Shown: piece after piece, positions 51,707-62,133 of the stretch | How the letters are laid out: every line of letters starts with the position of its first letter | How positions within the stretch are numbered: the first letter of the stretch is position 1 | Assembly: GCF_001528665.1 (NCBI RefSeq) | Contig: NZ_BBYJ01000004.1 | Coordinates: forward strand, 310,472 to 374,471 | Direction of reading: 5' to 3' | DNA length: 64,000 bases | Origin: Microtetraspora malaysiensis | GTDB lineage: Bacteria; Actinomycetota; Actinomycetes; Streptosporangiales; Streptosporangiaceae | Program-made: the position numbers and the translations under genes | Notes under the pieces: generated by a model | Database searches by the model: none | The model's input: the letters and a program-made list of their open reading frames with translations, nothing else | What the model was told of the DNA's origin: nothing

Positions 51707-52426
51707 ATGATCAAGGGCGTCCTGTTCGACTTCTCCGGAACCCTCTTTCGCGCCGAACCAACCGAAGCCTGGCTCCGCGCTGTAATCAGGGAAGCCGGTC
51801 ATGACATGCGGGAGGATGAACTCACCGCCTGCGCCACCCGACTTGAAGAGGCCGGAGCTCTTCCTGGCGGTCCTGCTCCGCGCCATGTGCCCCGAGAGCT
51901 CGCCGGGCTGTGGAGGGAACGTGATCTGAGCACCAAACAGCATCGTGCTGCATATACCGCCCTCGCGCGGGAGGCGGCCCTGCCCTGGCCGGACCTGGCT
52001 GAGGCGCTCTATGACCGCACCCTCACACCGGTGGCCTGGTTGCCCTACCCCGACACCGAAAGCACGCTCAAAGAGCTGCGCAAACGAGGGATTCCTGTAG
52101 CCGTGGTCAGCAACATCGGCTGGGACCTACGGCCGGTCTTCCGCCACCACGGAATGGATGACCTCATTGACCACTTCCTGCTCTCCTTCGAACAAGAAGC
52201 CAAGAAGCCCGACCCTGCGATCTTCCAGACCGCATGCACCCTGATTGGCCTCACGCCCGACGAGGTCGTCATGGTAGGTGACGACCACACCGCCGACGGC
52301 GGCGCAGCAGCCCTGGGCTGCACCATCCACCTGGTCGAACGCCTACCGGCGAACCAACGTCCGGCAGCCCTGACCGCCATCCTCGACCTACTCGGTCCCC
52401 CTACTCCCGAGGACGCCCAGCCATAA
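51707..52426 (+). CDS. HAD-superfamily hydrolase
   Basis: Motif I VLFDFSGTL, motif III K, motif IV MVGDDHTAD; ATG 51707. Confidence 0.7.
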   Translation: MIKGVLFDFSGTLFRAEPTEAWLRAVIREAGHDMREDELTACATRLEEAGALPGGPAPRHVPRELAGLWRERDLSTKQHRAAYTALAREAALPWPDLAEALYDRTLTPVAWLPYPDTESTLKELRKRGIPVAVVSNIGWDLRPVFRHHGMDDLIDHFLLSFEQEAKKPDPAIFQTACTLIGLTPDEVVMVGDDHTADGGAAALGCTIHLVERLPANQRPAALTAILDLLGPPTPEDAQP

Positions 52427-52580
52427 GTCTGAACCGCCGCCAGGCCCCTTATTCGACATCCAGCCCCGCTCCTCAACACTGGAACCAGGGCCACAAATGA
52501 TCATGCTGCGATCAGGATTTCGGCTGGCGAGCAACCATCGTGATCAACCCCGGGCGCTGGGCACCGCTGAGGCGATCACC

Positions 52581-52620
52581 AAATAGAAAAAGCCCAGGTC
52601 GACTATGCCAACCTGGGCTT
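52581..52620 (-). terminator. Rho-independent terminator downstream of tRNA-Lys
   Basis: Stem aagcccaggt / acctgggctt with T-run on the minus strand (A-run aaatagaaaaa on plus). Confidence 0.65.
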
Positions 52621-52628
52621 TCGTTCTG

Positions 52629-52702
52629 TGCGCCGCCAGGGACTCGAACCCCGGACCCGCTGATTAAGAGTCAGCTGCTCTAACCAACTGAGCTAGCGGC
52701 GC
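52629..52702 (-). tRNA. tRNA-Lys (anticodon CTT)
   Basis: Reverse complement folds as a cloverleaf: acceptor gcgccgc/gcggcgc, anticodon stem gctga/tcagc with loop cuCUUaa, T-loop GGTTCGAGTCC; 74 nt, CCA not encoded. Confidence 0.85.
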
Positions 52703-52820
52703 CTGCGAACGCTCGTAACCTTAGCAGTCTCCACGGCGTCACGCACATTCGTTGCCGCCTCCCCGGACCACGGCCCGGGGAGCGCCAAGCTTCAGGGGAT
52801 CACCGGCGAACGGGGCTGGA

Positions 52821-53414
52821 TCAGCCCCTCCACGCGCCGGAGGAGAAGGGCTGGGGAGTGCCCTTGGTGCCGGGGCCCTTGCCCCACTTGGTGACGACGT
52901 AGTCGATCGCGATGTGGCCCTCGCCGCCGTTGTTCTCGACGGTCAGCGTGTTGGTGTTCCACGAGCCACCGGTCAGCTCGGCGAAGGTCTTGCCATCGAT
53001 GTCGAGCATGACGCCGCTCTCGGACGGGACGCCGGGGCCGCGGTCGCCGATGAAGAACTTGGCCTTCTTGCCCTTGTAGATGATGTAGCCCTCGGTGCCG
53101 AGCGGCCAGCTCGGGCTGGAGAACAGGCCCTTCTGCATCGGCTTGCCGATAGCGGGAAGGCCGGTGTCACCCTGGCGGCCGGAGGCGTCGTCCCAGAAGT
53201 ACGAACCCCTGGTGCTGCCATGGAAGATCGCCTGCTCCATCTCCGGAGCCTGTGCGACCTGGGAGGTGTGGGCGGCCTTCACCGGGGCGACCGCCGCGGG
53301 GGCAGCGCTGGCCGCGGTGACACCGAACGCGCTGACACCGACGAAGGCGGCGCCGGCGACGGCGGTCAGAGCGGTCAGCTTCCGGTTCTTGCGCAGGCCA
53401 AACAGCGTGTTCAT
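52821..53414 (-). CDS. Secreted RlpA-like double-psi beta-barrel (DPBB) domain protein
   Basis: Start ATG 53412-14 (MNTLFGLRKNRKLTALTAVAGAAFVGVSAFGVTAASA signal peptide); C-terminal GYIIYKGKKAKFFIGDRGPG...MLDIDGKTFAELTG typical of DPBB/expansin-like cell-wall-binding domains. Confidence 0.55.
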   Translation of the reverse strand: MNTLFGLRKNRKLTALTAVAGAAFVGVSAFGVTAASAAPAAVAPVKAAHTSQVAQAPEMEQAIFHGSTRGSYFWDDASGRQGDTGLPAIGKPMQKGLFSSPSWPLGTEGYIIYKGKKAKFFIGDRGPGVPSESGVMLDIDGKTFAELTGGSWNTNTLTVENNGGEGHIAIDYVVTKWGKGPGTKGTPQPFSSGAWRG

Positions 53415-54717
53415 GAAAAATCGAGATCTTTCGTGAGACGACAGGGGACGGCCGCGTGCGTCGTGTATCAGGCCTGCTAGGTCAAGGGCGGGCCAGGCAC
53501 GGGGCGCGGAGCGGGTCGAGAGATGTCGATCGCCACTGAGATGCACATTTCGTGCGCTGTACGCGTCCATCAGTTGAGGGCCGATGATCGCGTCGGGCGG
53601 ACGGGCCGTGAGGACCCGGATTCGGAGGTCAGGCGGGGATCTCCCGCAAGGTCTCCTCTTCTGAAAGTCCAGCCACCGGTCGGCAGCAATATGGACACTA
53701 CACACCAAGACATGACAAAGCAAACGAAAGCACGCAAATACGGCAAAAGATCTACCACGTTAGCTAAAAACGATCTAATGCCGGCCACGTCAATGTGTCG
53801 GAAACCGCGCGTATACCGGGATTCCCGCGCGGGCGAATGGCAAAGGGAGCTTCCATAGGGTAAAGCGCCGATCAGCGTGTTCCCGCGCCGCCAGGCAAAA
53901 CGACGGCATTGCGCGCCCCAGTCCTGCGTCCGGAGCACGGGCGCGGGCCATCACGAGAGCGGAGAGCGCCGGAACGTGGCCCTCCGAGGAGCGATCAAGA
54001 CGCTGACGAGGGACGTCACCGACGGCGACCGACCGGCGAGAGGCGGCCGGCAAGGGCTTCGCCGTACGAGACCGCGACGCGAAAGCCGCCCCCCGCATGG
54101 CGGCGGTCCGGCCGGGGAAACGCGAAAAGGCCGCGCACTGGCGGCCCTCGCGACATCAGAACGAGCAAACAGGAAAAGGCCCGACGGAGCGGGCGGGAAC
54201 ATAACAGGAATGGGGCGGGAGATACCCAGGTGAAAGCTGAGGAAGAACGTTTCCAGGACCAGCCGGGTGCGGTAACGACCCCGGAGCCGCATCTGCCGTC
54301 GCACTCATCGAGGACGCGAATCGGGTGAAAGCCACAGGGCCGGGATCCCGCGCGCTGTCAGCCCGGGCGGTCCCGGCCGAGCGCCGCTTGGGGCGGGGTG
54401 CGGGAGGAGAACCGACGGCGGACATGCGTCGGGGCCGGGCAGTCCCCCAACTACCCGGCCCCGACTGAAGCGGTCCGCCCGGGATACCCTCCCCAAAGGC
54501 ACCGGCGGTTCCCGCTGTCCGGACGCGGTTCCCCCTCCGCGTCCTTATCGGCAAAAGTCTTATCGGTGGAGCCATGGCCCCCTTGACCTGCTTCCACAGT
54601 ACCGACGGCCACACCACGGGCGGGTCATGTCACGGTGGGGTTTCCACCTCGGTCGGCGGCCTTCGACAAGGCCACGCAAGATCAACCGCCTCCCCTCGGA
54701 AACGGCGCTCAGGGCGC

Positions 54718-55824
54718 TTATACGCCCTCACGGAGGGGGACGTCGGGCTCGCGCACGGGGAGGTCGGCCCTGTGGAGGGGGAGGTCGAGCCGGACCAGCG
54801 TGCCCCCGCCGGGGGCGGCGCTCGCCGAGACGCTGCCTCTGTGGCTGTCCACGACCTGGCGCACGATGGCGAGCCCCAGCCCCGACCCGGGCCTGGACCG
54901 CGCGCCCGGCGCCCGGTAGAACCGGTCGAAGACATGCGGCAGATCCTCGGGGGCGATCCCCGCCCCATGGTCGCGTACGGTCACCACGCCGCCGACCTGG
55001 CGCACCTCGACGGCGCTTCCCGGCGGGCTGTACTTGCCCGCATTGTCGAGCAGGTTGGCCACCGCCCGGGACAGGCGATCGGACACACCCCGCACCACCG
55101 CCGGCTGCACCGAGACCCGGTACGACGCGGACGGCCAGTGCGCGGAGGCCCGTGCCACCTCTCGGGCGATCACCTCGTCGATACGCACGTCCTCGACCAG
55201 CGCGGCCGGCTCCTCGTCCCTGGCCAGCTCGACCACGTCGGAGATCAGCACGGTCAGCTCCTCGAGACCGGCGGTCACCGATTTGCTGATCTCGTCTCGG
55301 TCCTCCGGCGTGAGCCCGCCCCTGATCAGCAGTTCGACGTTCGTCCGGAGCGCGGTCAATGGGGTGCGCAGCTCGTGTGACGCGTCCGCGACCAGGCGTT
55401 TCTGCGCCCGGGCGGAACGCTCCAGGGCGTCGAGCATCGTGTTGAAGCTGCGGGCCAGGCTGCCCAGCTCGTCGTCCTTGCCGACCTTGATGCGGGTCGT
55501 GAGGTCGCGCGTGGTGGCGACCCGCTCGGCGGCGTCCTTCAGGGTGCCGACCGGCCGCAACCCTGTGTACGCGGCGATCCAGCCCAGGCCGCCCGACAGC
55601 ACGAGCCCGCCGAGAGCGGCGGCGAGGAACGGCCAGCCGAGATCGTCGACGTCCCCCAAAGCGGCCAGCGCCCCGGTCGGCGGCCGGTCCGGCCACGCGT
55701 CGTAGCTCCCGAGCGCGCTCTCGACCCTCCGGCAGGTGATCAGGTACGCGGCGACGATGGCGACGATCACACTGATCGCCGCGGCCAGCGCCGAGGCGAG
55801 GGCGAGCCGCCAGCGGATCTTCAC
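54718..55824 (-). CDS. Sensor histidine kinase (two TM, HAMP, HisKA, HATPase_c)
   Basis: H-box [15 protein letters not shown]-box [10 protein letters not shown]-boxes DHGAGI / GSGLGLAIV; GTG start overlaps the response-regulator stop (GTGA). Confidence 0.85.
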   Translation of the reverse strand: MKIRWRLALASALAAAISVIVAIVAAYLITCRRVESALGSYDAWPDRPPTGALAALGDVDDLGWPFLAAALGGLVLSGGLGWIAAYTGLRPVGTLKDAAERVATTRDLTTRIKVGKDDELGSLARSFNTMLDALERSARAQKRLVADASHELRTPLTALRTNVELLIRGGLTPEDRDEISKSVTAGLEELTVLISDVVELARDEEPAALVEDVRIDEVIAREVARASAHWPSASYRVSVQPAVVRGVSDRLSRAVANLLDNAGKYSPPGSAVEVRQVGGVVTVRDHGAGIAPEDLPHVFDRFYRAPGARSRPGSGLGLAIVRQVVDSHRGSVSASAAPGGGTLVRLDLPLHRADLPVREPDVPLREGV

Positions 55825-56516
55825 AACTGCTCCCTGAGCGTGTACCCGAGGCCGTGCACGGTGTGGATCAGCCTCGGCTCCCCGCACGCCTCGGTTTTCC
55901 GCCGCAGATAGCGGATGTAGACCTCCAGGGAGTTGGAACCCGGAGTGAACTCGTATCCCCAGATGCGTTCAAGGATGATCTCGCGGGTGAGCACCTGGCC
56001 TCCGTTGGACATGAGCAGGTCGAGCAGCGCGAACTCGGTCCTCGTCAGGTCGATGACGCGCGCGCCCCGCCGGACCTGCCTGTTCTCGGGCAGCAGCACC
56101 AGGTCCGCGTACCGCGTGACCGGCCCGGCCGGCGCCGTACGGCGGAGCAGGGCGCGCACCCGCGCGAACAACTCCTCCAGCGCGAACGGCTTGATCAGGT
56201 AGTCGTCGGCCCCCGCGTCCAGGCCGACGACCCGGTCACCGACGCCGCCGAGGGCGGTCAGCATGAGCACGGGGGTGCGGTCGCCGCTCCCGCGGAGCCT
56301 CCGGCAGACCTCCAGGCCGTCCATGTTCGGCATCATCACGTCGAGGACGACCAGGTCAGGTTGGGTTCCGATGATCGAGGCGAGGGCGGTCACACCGTCG
56401 GCCGCGCCGGCGACCTGGTATCCCTCCAGCCGCAGCGCGCGGGCGACCGCGTTGCGCACCCCTGGTTCGTCGTCCACGACGAGGACACGTGTGTCGGCCA
56501 CGGCGCCATCATGCAC
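55821..56516 (-). CDS. OmpR-family response regulator
   Basis: Receiver ([14 protein letters not shown]...[13 protein letters not shown]...DDYLIKPF) plus winged-helix trans_reg_C ([27 protein letters not shown]). Confidence 0.9.
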   Translation of the reverse strand: MHDGAVADTRVLVVDDEPGVRNAVARALRLEGYQVAGAADGVTALASIIGTQPDLVVLDVMMPNMDGLEVCRRLRGSGDRTPVLMLTALGGVGDRVVGLDAGADDYLIKPFALEELFARVRALLRRTAPAGPVTRYADLVLLPENRQVRRGARVIDLTRTEFALLDLLMSNGGQVLTREIILERIWGYEFTPGSNSLEVYIRYLRRKTEACGEPRLIHTVHGLGYTLREQL

Positions 56517-56540
56517 CGACGGCCGGGCCCTCGCCCATAG

Positions 56541-56816
56541 TCACGCGTCAGGATGCTCGGCGAGGTACGCGATGTAGACGGGACGCAACGCCTCTCCGAG
56601 ACGACCCTCTCCCGCCGCCATGGCATCGCTGAGCAGCGCGGACACCCGGCTGAGGTCGTTGGCCGTCTCCTCACGATCTCCGCTGGCCGCCTCCGCCGCC
56701 GGAATCGCCTTCAGCAGACGCCAGAGGAATCCGAGGTCACCGTGTCGTACGGCATAGCGGACGGCGCGATCGTGCAGCTCCCGGGCGGACAGCCCCTCAA
56801 GGTCTTCCACGTCCAT
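56541..56816 (-). CDS. Small hypothetical protein (92 aa) upstream of the two-component system
   Basis: Ribosome-binding site GGGGAGG 5 bp before ATG 56814-16; MDVEDLEGLSARELHDRAVRYAVRHGDLGFLWRLLK...; the longer 219-aa ORF in the track has a low-complexity N-terminus. Confidence 0.4.
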   Translation of the reverse strand: MDVEDLEGLSARELHDRAVRYAVRHGDLGFLWRLLKAIPAAEAASGDREETANDLSRVSALLSDAMAAGEGRLGEALRPVYIAYLAEHPDA

Positions 56817-57030
56817 CCTCCCCACCCCCATCGAGGTGATTTCCCCAGATTTGCGGCAATTAATGCTCAATGTCCGGTTAGAAGCGGGCCATTCCTCGCC
56901 CGGGCGCGACGCGGCGACCTTCTTTGCGGCGGAACGGACGCCTCCCCAGCCCCCCGATGACGAGCCCCGTCGGCTTTTGCCGAAACCCAGACATGCCCAC
57001 GGCGCGCCCTGGCGTGGAAGACTCGTTTGC

Positions 57031-57405
57031 GTGAAGGTCATCATCAAGGTTCTGATCGTCGCGGCCGCACTGTGGGCGTCCACCAAGCTGGTGAACGGCA
57101 TCGTGCTCACCGCAGACACCACCTCCAAACAGATCGGCACGCTGCTCGCGGTCGCGCTGATCTTCGGCCTGGTGAACGCGGTCATCAAGCCGGTCATCAA
57201 GTTCGTGGGCTGCGCGTTCTACGTGCTCACGTTCGGCCTCTTCGCACTGGTGGTCAACGCCGGCCTGCTCCTGCTCACCAGCTGGGCGTCCGAGCAGCTC
57301 AAACTGCCGTTCCACGTCAGCGGGTTCATGGCCGCCTTCTGGGGCGCGATCCTCATCGGCGTGATCAGCTGGATCCTGGAGCTGATCCTCCGCGTCAACG
57401 ACTGA
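57031..57405 (+). CDS. Phage-holin-4_2/DUF360-family 4-TM membrane protein
   Basis: GTG start; VKVIIKVLIVAAALWASTKLVNGIVL...IGTLLAVALIFGLVNAVIKPVIKFVG...FGLFALVVNAGLLLLTSWAS...FWGAILIGVISWILELIL: four short TM helices. Confidence 0.55.
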   Translation: MKVIIKVLIVAAALWASTKLVNGIVLTADTTSKQIGTLLAVALIFGLVNAVIKPVIKFVGCAFYVLTFGLFALVVNAGLLLLTSWASEQLKLPFHVSGFMAAFWGAILIGVISWILELILRVND

Positions 57406-57582
57406 CGGCCCGCCTCACCTCCGTTCCCGCCCCCCGCATCACCGGCCCGCGCCGCCCCGACCGCTCCCCGGTCGCCGGGCGGCGCGGCCGTCTCACCTCG
57501 GCACACACGCTCGGCATCCGCCATCCCGGTCGCAATAACCCTTATTATGGGTAGGGAATAACGTGAAGCCGGGAGGGTGAGG

Positions 57583-58617
57583 ATGAGCATCGATGTCCAC
57601 CAGCATCTCTGGACGCCACCGTTCGTCGACGCCCTGCGCCGCCGTACCGCGCCGCCCCGCCTGGACGGCTGGACCCTCCTCCTGGACGGCGAGCCCCCGT
57701 ACGAGGTGGACCCGGCGGACCACGACCCGGCCGTCCGGGCTCAGCGGGCCGCGGGGCTGGACCTCGCCCTGGTCTCCCTGTCCAGCCCGCTCGGGATCGA
57801 GCACCTGCCGCCGGACGAGGCGTGGCCGCTGATCGACGCCTACCACGCGGGGGCGCTGCCCGCCCCGTTCCGCGCCTGGGCCGCCGCCCCGGTGACCGAC
57901 CCCGATCCGGTACGGCTGTCGCGCACCCTGGACGAGGGCTTCGTCGGGCTCCAGCTCCCGGCCACCGCGCTGCTGGACGCGGCGGGCTTCGCGGCCGTGG
58001 CCCCGCTGCTCGACGTGCTCACCGAGCGCGGGCTCCCGCTGTTCGTCCATCCGGGACCGGCCGCCGCCCCGCCCGGGAGCCCGCCCTGGTGGGCCCCGGT
58101 CGTGCCGTACGTGCAGCAGATGCACGCGGCCTGGTACGCGTTCCGAGCCGTGGGGCGCCCCCGGCATCCCACCCTGCGGGTCTGTTTCGCCCTGCTCGCG
58201 GGGCTGGCGCCGCTCCACTCTGAACGCGCCATGAACCGGGGGGCACCCGGCCGCGGCCGGGTGGACCCGGACGTGTTCGTCGAGACGTCCTCCTACGGGC
58301 CGCGGGCCGTCGACGCGATGATCCGGGAGCTCGGCATCGACGTCATCGTCACCGGATCGGACCAGCCGTACGCGGAGGCCGCGTGGCCGGACCTCGGCGC
58401 CGCGGCCCGCCACGCCGTCGGCACGGCGAACGCGCTGCGCCTGCTGGACGGCTCGCGGCACGCGGCGGCGCGGCCGACGGCGCGCCCGGAGCCGCTGCCA
58501 CGCGCCCACCGGCGCCCCGAACAGGACACGCACCAGTACACCCACCAGCGCCCCCGACCACACACCCGACCGCCGCTGCCCCCGACGGCGCCGACAGGAA
58601 AGGAACCGCAGCCATGA
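57583..58617 (+). CDS. Amidohydrolase-2 family (ACMSD-like metal-dependent hydrolase)
   Basis: Ribosome-binding site GGGAGGGTGAGG; MSIDVHQHLW (HxH metal site) and TIM-barrel hydrolase pattern; stop overlaps next start. Confidence 0.6.
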   Translation: MSIDVHQHLWTPPFVDALRRRTAPPRLDGWTLLLDGEPPYEVDPADHDPAVRAQRAAGLDLALVSLSSPLGIEHLPPDEAWPLIDAYHAGALPAPFRAWAAAPVTDPDPVRLSRTLDEGFVGLQLPATALLDAAGFAAVAPLLDVLTERGLPLFVHPGPAAAPPGSPPWWAPVVPYVQQMHAAWYAFRAVGRPRHPTLRVCFALLAGLAPLHSERAMNRGAPGRGRVDPDVFVETSSYGPRAVDAMIRELGIDVIVTGSDQPYAEAAWPDLGAAARHAVGTANALRLLDGSRHAAARPTARPEPLPRAHRRPEQDTHQYTHQRPRPHTRPPLPPTAPTGKEPQP

Positions 58618-59153
58618 GCACGCCCACAGCCCAGGTCGCCGGGAGCGACACGCCCTATGAGCGGCTGCCGGCCCGCGCGCTGGACCGCCGGGAGCTGGCG
58701 GCTCTCGTCGACGACCTCGCCGCCCGGCCCGAGCTGTGGAAGGAGCACCTCGGCTTCGAGGGGAGCGAGGACGGCGGCCGCCACTACGCCTCGCTCCATC
58801 GGGACGCGTACGTGGACGTGTGGCTGCTGTGCTGGCGGCCCGAGGACGACACCGGGTGGCACGACCACGACGTCTCCTCCGGCGCGGTCCGGGTGGTGAA
58901 CGGCACCCTCAAGGAGAGCAACCCCAGGATCGGCGGCCGGCACCTGGAGACGACCGTCACGGCGGGCGACTCGTTCTCCTTCGGGCCGGACCACATCCAC
59001 CGGCTGACCGGCGTCGAGCACGGCAGCGTGTCGATCCACGCCTACTCGCCGCCCCTGTGGCGTCTGGGGCAGTACTCCATCGGCGACGACGGGATGATGC
59101 GCCGGCTGTCGGTCAGCTACGCCGACGAGCTGCGTCCGCTCGATCCGGCCTGA
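58614..59153 (+). CDS. Cysteine-dioxygenase-type cupin
   Basis: Cupin His triad context WHDHDVSSGAVRVVNG ... IHRLTGVEHGSVSIHAY; ATG overlaps upstream stop (ATGA). Confidence 0.55.
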   Translation: MSTPTAQVAGSDTPYERLPARALDRRELAALVDDLAARPELWKEHLGFEGSEDGGRHYASLHRDAYVDVWLLCWRPEDDTGWHDHDVSSGAVRVVNGTLKESNPRIGGRHLETTVTAGDSFSFGPDHIHRLTGVEHGSVSIHAYSPPLWRLGQYSIGDDGMMRRLSVSYADELRPLDPA

Positions 59154-60331
59154 GCCCGGCGGTCCTCGGGGCGTCCGGCCAGGCAGCCGAACAGGAGCTG
59201 GACGGCGCACGCGCCGAGGCCGACGAGCAGCGGCAGCGTCCAGGTCCCGGACACCTCGTGCAGCAGGCCGAACAGGATCGGGCCGACCGCGGCCAGGGCG
59301 TACCCGCTGGACTGGGCGACGGCGGAGAGCGCGGTCACCGAGGCCGGATCCGGCGCGCGCAGCGCGATGATGAGCAGGGCCAGCGCGATGGCGGCGCCCT
59401 GTCCCAGGCCGAGGATGATCATCCACAGCCAGGGGACCGTCGCGGGGGCCAGCAGCACCCCGACGTACCCGGCGGCGGTGAGCAGCACCGCGACCACGAT
59501 GTGCGGCACCTGCGACCGCGCGTTGCCCGCGTGCGCGGGCACGGTCAGCGTCGCCGCGATCTGGGCCAGGTTCGTCAGGCCGAGCAGGTATCCCGCCTCG
59601 TCGGCGGCGAGGCCCGCGTCCTGGAAGATCGTGGGCAGCCAGGCCAGCATGACGTAGAACGTCAGCGACTGCAGGCCCAGGAACGCGGTCACGAACCACG
59701 TCATCCGGCTGCCGAGCAGCGTCAGGTACGGCCGGTGCCCGGCCGGCGCCTTCTTGATCGACGGGCGGCGGAACGCCTGCGGAGCCCAGAACACGGCGGC
59801 GACGACCGCGAGCACCGCCGCCGATCCGGCCGCCGCCCGCCAGCCGTACTCGCCGGCCAGCGGGACCATACCGGCCGAGGCCCCGGCGGCTCCGGCCACC
59901 AGGCACGAGACGTAGACCGCGGTGTAGAGCCCGACTTTGGACGGGAAGTGCTGCTTGACGATCGCCGGCATGGCGACGTTCATGATCGCGATGGCGGCCC
60001 CGGCGAGGGCGGATCCGCCGTACAGGGCGGCGAGGCCGTCCACGCTGCGCAGGATCACCCCGGCGGCGAGGAGGATCAGGCCGACGAGCAGCGTGCGGTC
60101 CAGGCCGATCCGCCCGGCGAGCGCGGGGGCCAGCGGCGCGAGCAGGCCGAGGCAGGCCACCATGATCGTGGTGATCGCGCCGCCCGCGGCCGGAGTGAGC
60201 CCGAGATCCCGCATGATGTCGCTGAGCAGCGGTGACACGCCCGCGAGCGCGGGCCGGAGATTCAGCGCCGCGAGGACGAACCCCACGATCAGCAGCACCC
60301 GGCCCGGCCCGGCCGAACGTTCCCTTTTCAT
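59117..60331 (-). CDS. MFS transporter (CynX/NimT-like)
   Basis: 12 TM MFS architecture with the signature GxLaDrxGrR-like loop (LAGRIGLDRTLL). Confidence 0.7.
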   Translation of the reverse strand: MKRERSAGPGRVLLIVGFVLAALNLRPALAGVSPLLSDIMRDLGLTPAAGGAITTIMVACLGLLAPLAPALAGRIGLDRTLLVGLILLAAGVILRSVDGLAALYGGSALAGAAIAIMNVAMPAIVKQHFPSKVGLYTAVYVSCLVAGAAGASAGMVPLAGEYGWRAAAGSAAVLAVVAAVFWAPQAFRRPSIKKAPAGHRPYLTLLGSRMTWFVTAFLGLQSLTFYVMLAWLPTIFQDAGLAADEAGYLLGLTNLAQIAATLTVPAHAGNARSQVPHIVVAVLLTAAGYVGVLLAPATVPWLWMIILGLGQGAAIALALLIIALRAPDPASVTALSAVAQSSGYALAAVGPILFGLLHEVSGTWTLPLLVGLGACAVQLLFGCLAGRPEDRRAQAGSSGRSSSA

Positions 60332-60393
60332 GCCGGGCATGTCAGAACGGGCATTCCGTGCCGTCCCGTCCATGAATGCCATGAAAAAGCCCC

Positions 60394-62004
60394 CTAAGGA
60401 TGAAACTCGGTATCAGGGATGACCGTTACCTCCAGGAGCAGCGGCTCCGTACGGGAACCCAGATCGGGGACGATCTCGTCGAGGACCGCCACCAGGTCGT
60501 CGTAGGAGTCCACCCGGGTCGCCGGACAGCCGAACGAACGGGCCATCGCCGACAGGCTGACCTCCGTGAACGCCGGCCAGGGCGCCTTTCCCGCGCCGTT
60601 CTTCTCCGCCAGCCGGTCCATCACCGCGTACCGGCCGTTCGCCAGCACGACGAAGAGCGCGCCGACGCCGTAGTGCGCGGCGCTCCACAGCGCCTGGATC
60701 CCGTAGATCGCCGAGCCGTCCCCCGCCACCGCCACGACCGGCCGGTACGGCACGGCCATGCGCAGCCCTACCGCCGCCGGCAGGGCGAACCCGAGCCCGC
60801 CCATGGCCGCCGAGAGGAACCCGAGCGGCCGCCGCGCGGGCATCAGCCGGTGCAGGTCCGGCCGGGACGACGGGGTCTCCTCCACCACGACCGCCTCCGG
60901 CGGGAGCCGCAGAGCGAGCTCGTGCATGACGTGGGCCGCCCGGAGCGGCTCCCCCGGCGCCGGCCTGGACGGCGCCGCGGCCGCCCGCACGACGCCCTCC
61001 GCCGGGCGGGGCCGGGCCGGCAGCAGCGCGGCGAGCCGGGCCGCGACCACGCCCGGATCGGCCAGGAAGGCCAGCTCGGCGGGGCTGCGGTGGACCTCGG
61101 CCGGGTCGTCGCTGACGATCGCGACGCGAGTCCCGGGCTCGACCAGCGGCCCCGGCTCGTACGGGTACTGGCGGAAGACGGGAGCTCCGACCGCGAGGAC
61201 GGCGTCGTGCCGCCGGAGCGCGGCGCGCAGCCCGGCCCGCCCGGCGGGCAGGATCCCGGCGAACAGCGGGTGGTCCTGGGGGAAGCCCGCCCGGGCCCCG
61301 AACGACTCCTGCCACACCGGGCAGCCGAGCCGCTCGGCGAGCGCGACCAGCCCCTCCCAGACCCGCGGCGAGTCCGCGCCGGCTCCGGAGACGATGACCG
61401 GCGACTCGGCGGCCTCGATCAGGGCGACGAGCGGCGCGAGGTCGGCGTCGTCCACCGCCGTCGGCCGCGCCACGACCTGGGGCGCGGCCAGGACCGTGCC
61501 GTCCCAGTCGGCCGCCCAGTCGTCCATCGGGACGACGACCAGCGCGGGGCCGCGCCCGGTGACCGCCTCGTGTGCCGCGCGGGCGATCGCGCCCGGCACG
61601 TCCTGGGCGCGGGCCGGCTGGTCCACCCAGACCGGGTAGTCCCCCGCCAGGCCGTGCAGCCGCCCGGCCAGGAAGGGTTCGAGGGCGAGGTGCCGGCGGT
61701 CCTGCTGGCCCACCACGACCACGACCGGCGCGCGGTTCACCCGGGCGGTGGCGAGCGCACCGACCGCGTTGCCCAGCCCGGCGGTGGTGTGCAGCAGCGC
61801 GAGCGCCGGACGCTCCCGCGCCAGCGCCCAGCCGGTGGCCATGCCGACGACGGACCCCTCGTGCAGGGCGAGCACGAACTCCAGGTCCTCGGGCAGCCCC
61901 GCCAGCAGCGGGACCTCGGTGGATCCCGGGTTACTGAAGATCGTCGTCATGCCTGTACTGCGGAGCACGTCGAATGTCGCGTCCCGCACGGTGCCTGTTG
62001 TCAT
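60394..62004 (-). CDS. Thiamine-diphosphate-dependent enzyme (acetolactate synthase / benzoylformate decarboxylase-like)
   Basis: N-terminal Pyr domain (TIFSNPGSTEVPLLAGL), central domain, C-terminal PP domain with GDGS motif (VAVAGDGSAIYGIQAL). Confidence 0.75.
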   Translation of the reverse strand: MTTGTVRDATFDVLRSTGMTTIFSNPGSTEVPLLAGLPEDLEFVLALHEGSVVGMATGWALARERPALALLHTTAGLGNAVGALATARVNRAPVVVVVGQQDRRHLALEPFLAGRLHGLAGDYPVWVDQPARAQDVPGAIARAAHEAVTGRGPALVVVPMDDWAADWDGTVLAAPQVVARPTAVDDADLAPLVALIEAAESPVIVSGAGADSPRVWEGLVALAERLGCPVWQESFGARAGFPQDHPLFAGILPAGRAGLRAALRRHDAVLAVGAPVFRQYPYEPGPLVEPGTRVAIVSDDPAEVHRSPAELAFLADPGVVAARLAALLPARPRPAEGVVRAAAAPSRPAPGEPLRAAHVMHELALRLPPEAVVVEETPSSRPDLHRLMPARRPLGFLSAAMGGLGFALPAAVGLRMAVPYRPVVAVAGDGSAIYGIQALWSAAHYGVGALFVVLANGRYAVMDRLAEKNGAGKAPWPAFTEVSLSAMARSFGCPATRVDSYDDLVAVLDEIVPDLGSRTEPLLLEVTVIPDTEFHP

Positions 62005-62133
62005 GACATTTCACCTCTTGCCCAGTGGGTCTACGCATACACCGCCCGATCGCCCGGCACAGGAACTATCCGATCTTCTCCATCAAGAGGCAAGAGAGAT
62101 CGCGTCGACCTCGCCGGCGGTGTCGCTCGGGCG

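Noticed and set aside
52581-52760. tRNA-Lys as a possible integration site for a genomic island or prophage.
   Set aside because: No integrase, no direct repeat of the tRNA 3' end, and flanking genes (HAD hydrolase, LPMO, DPBB protein) look chromosomal with native GC content.
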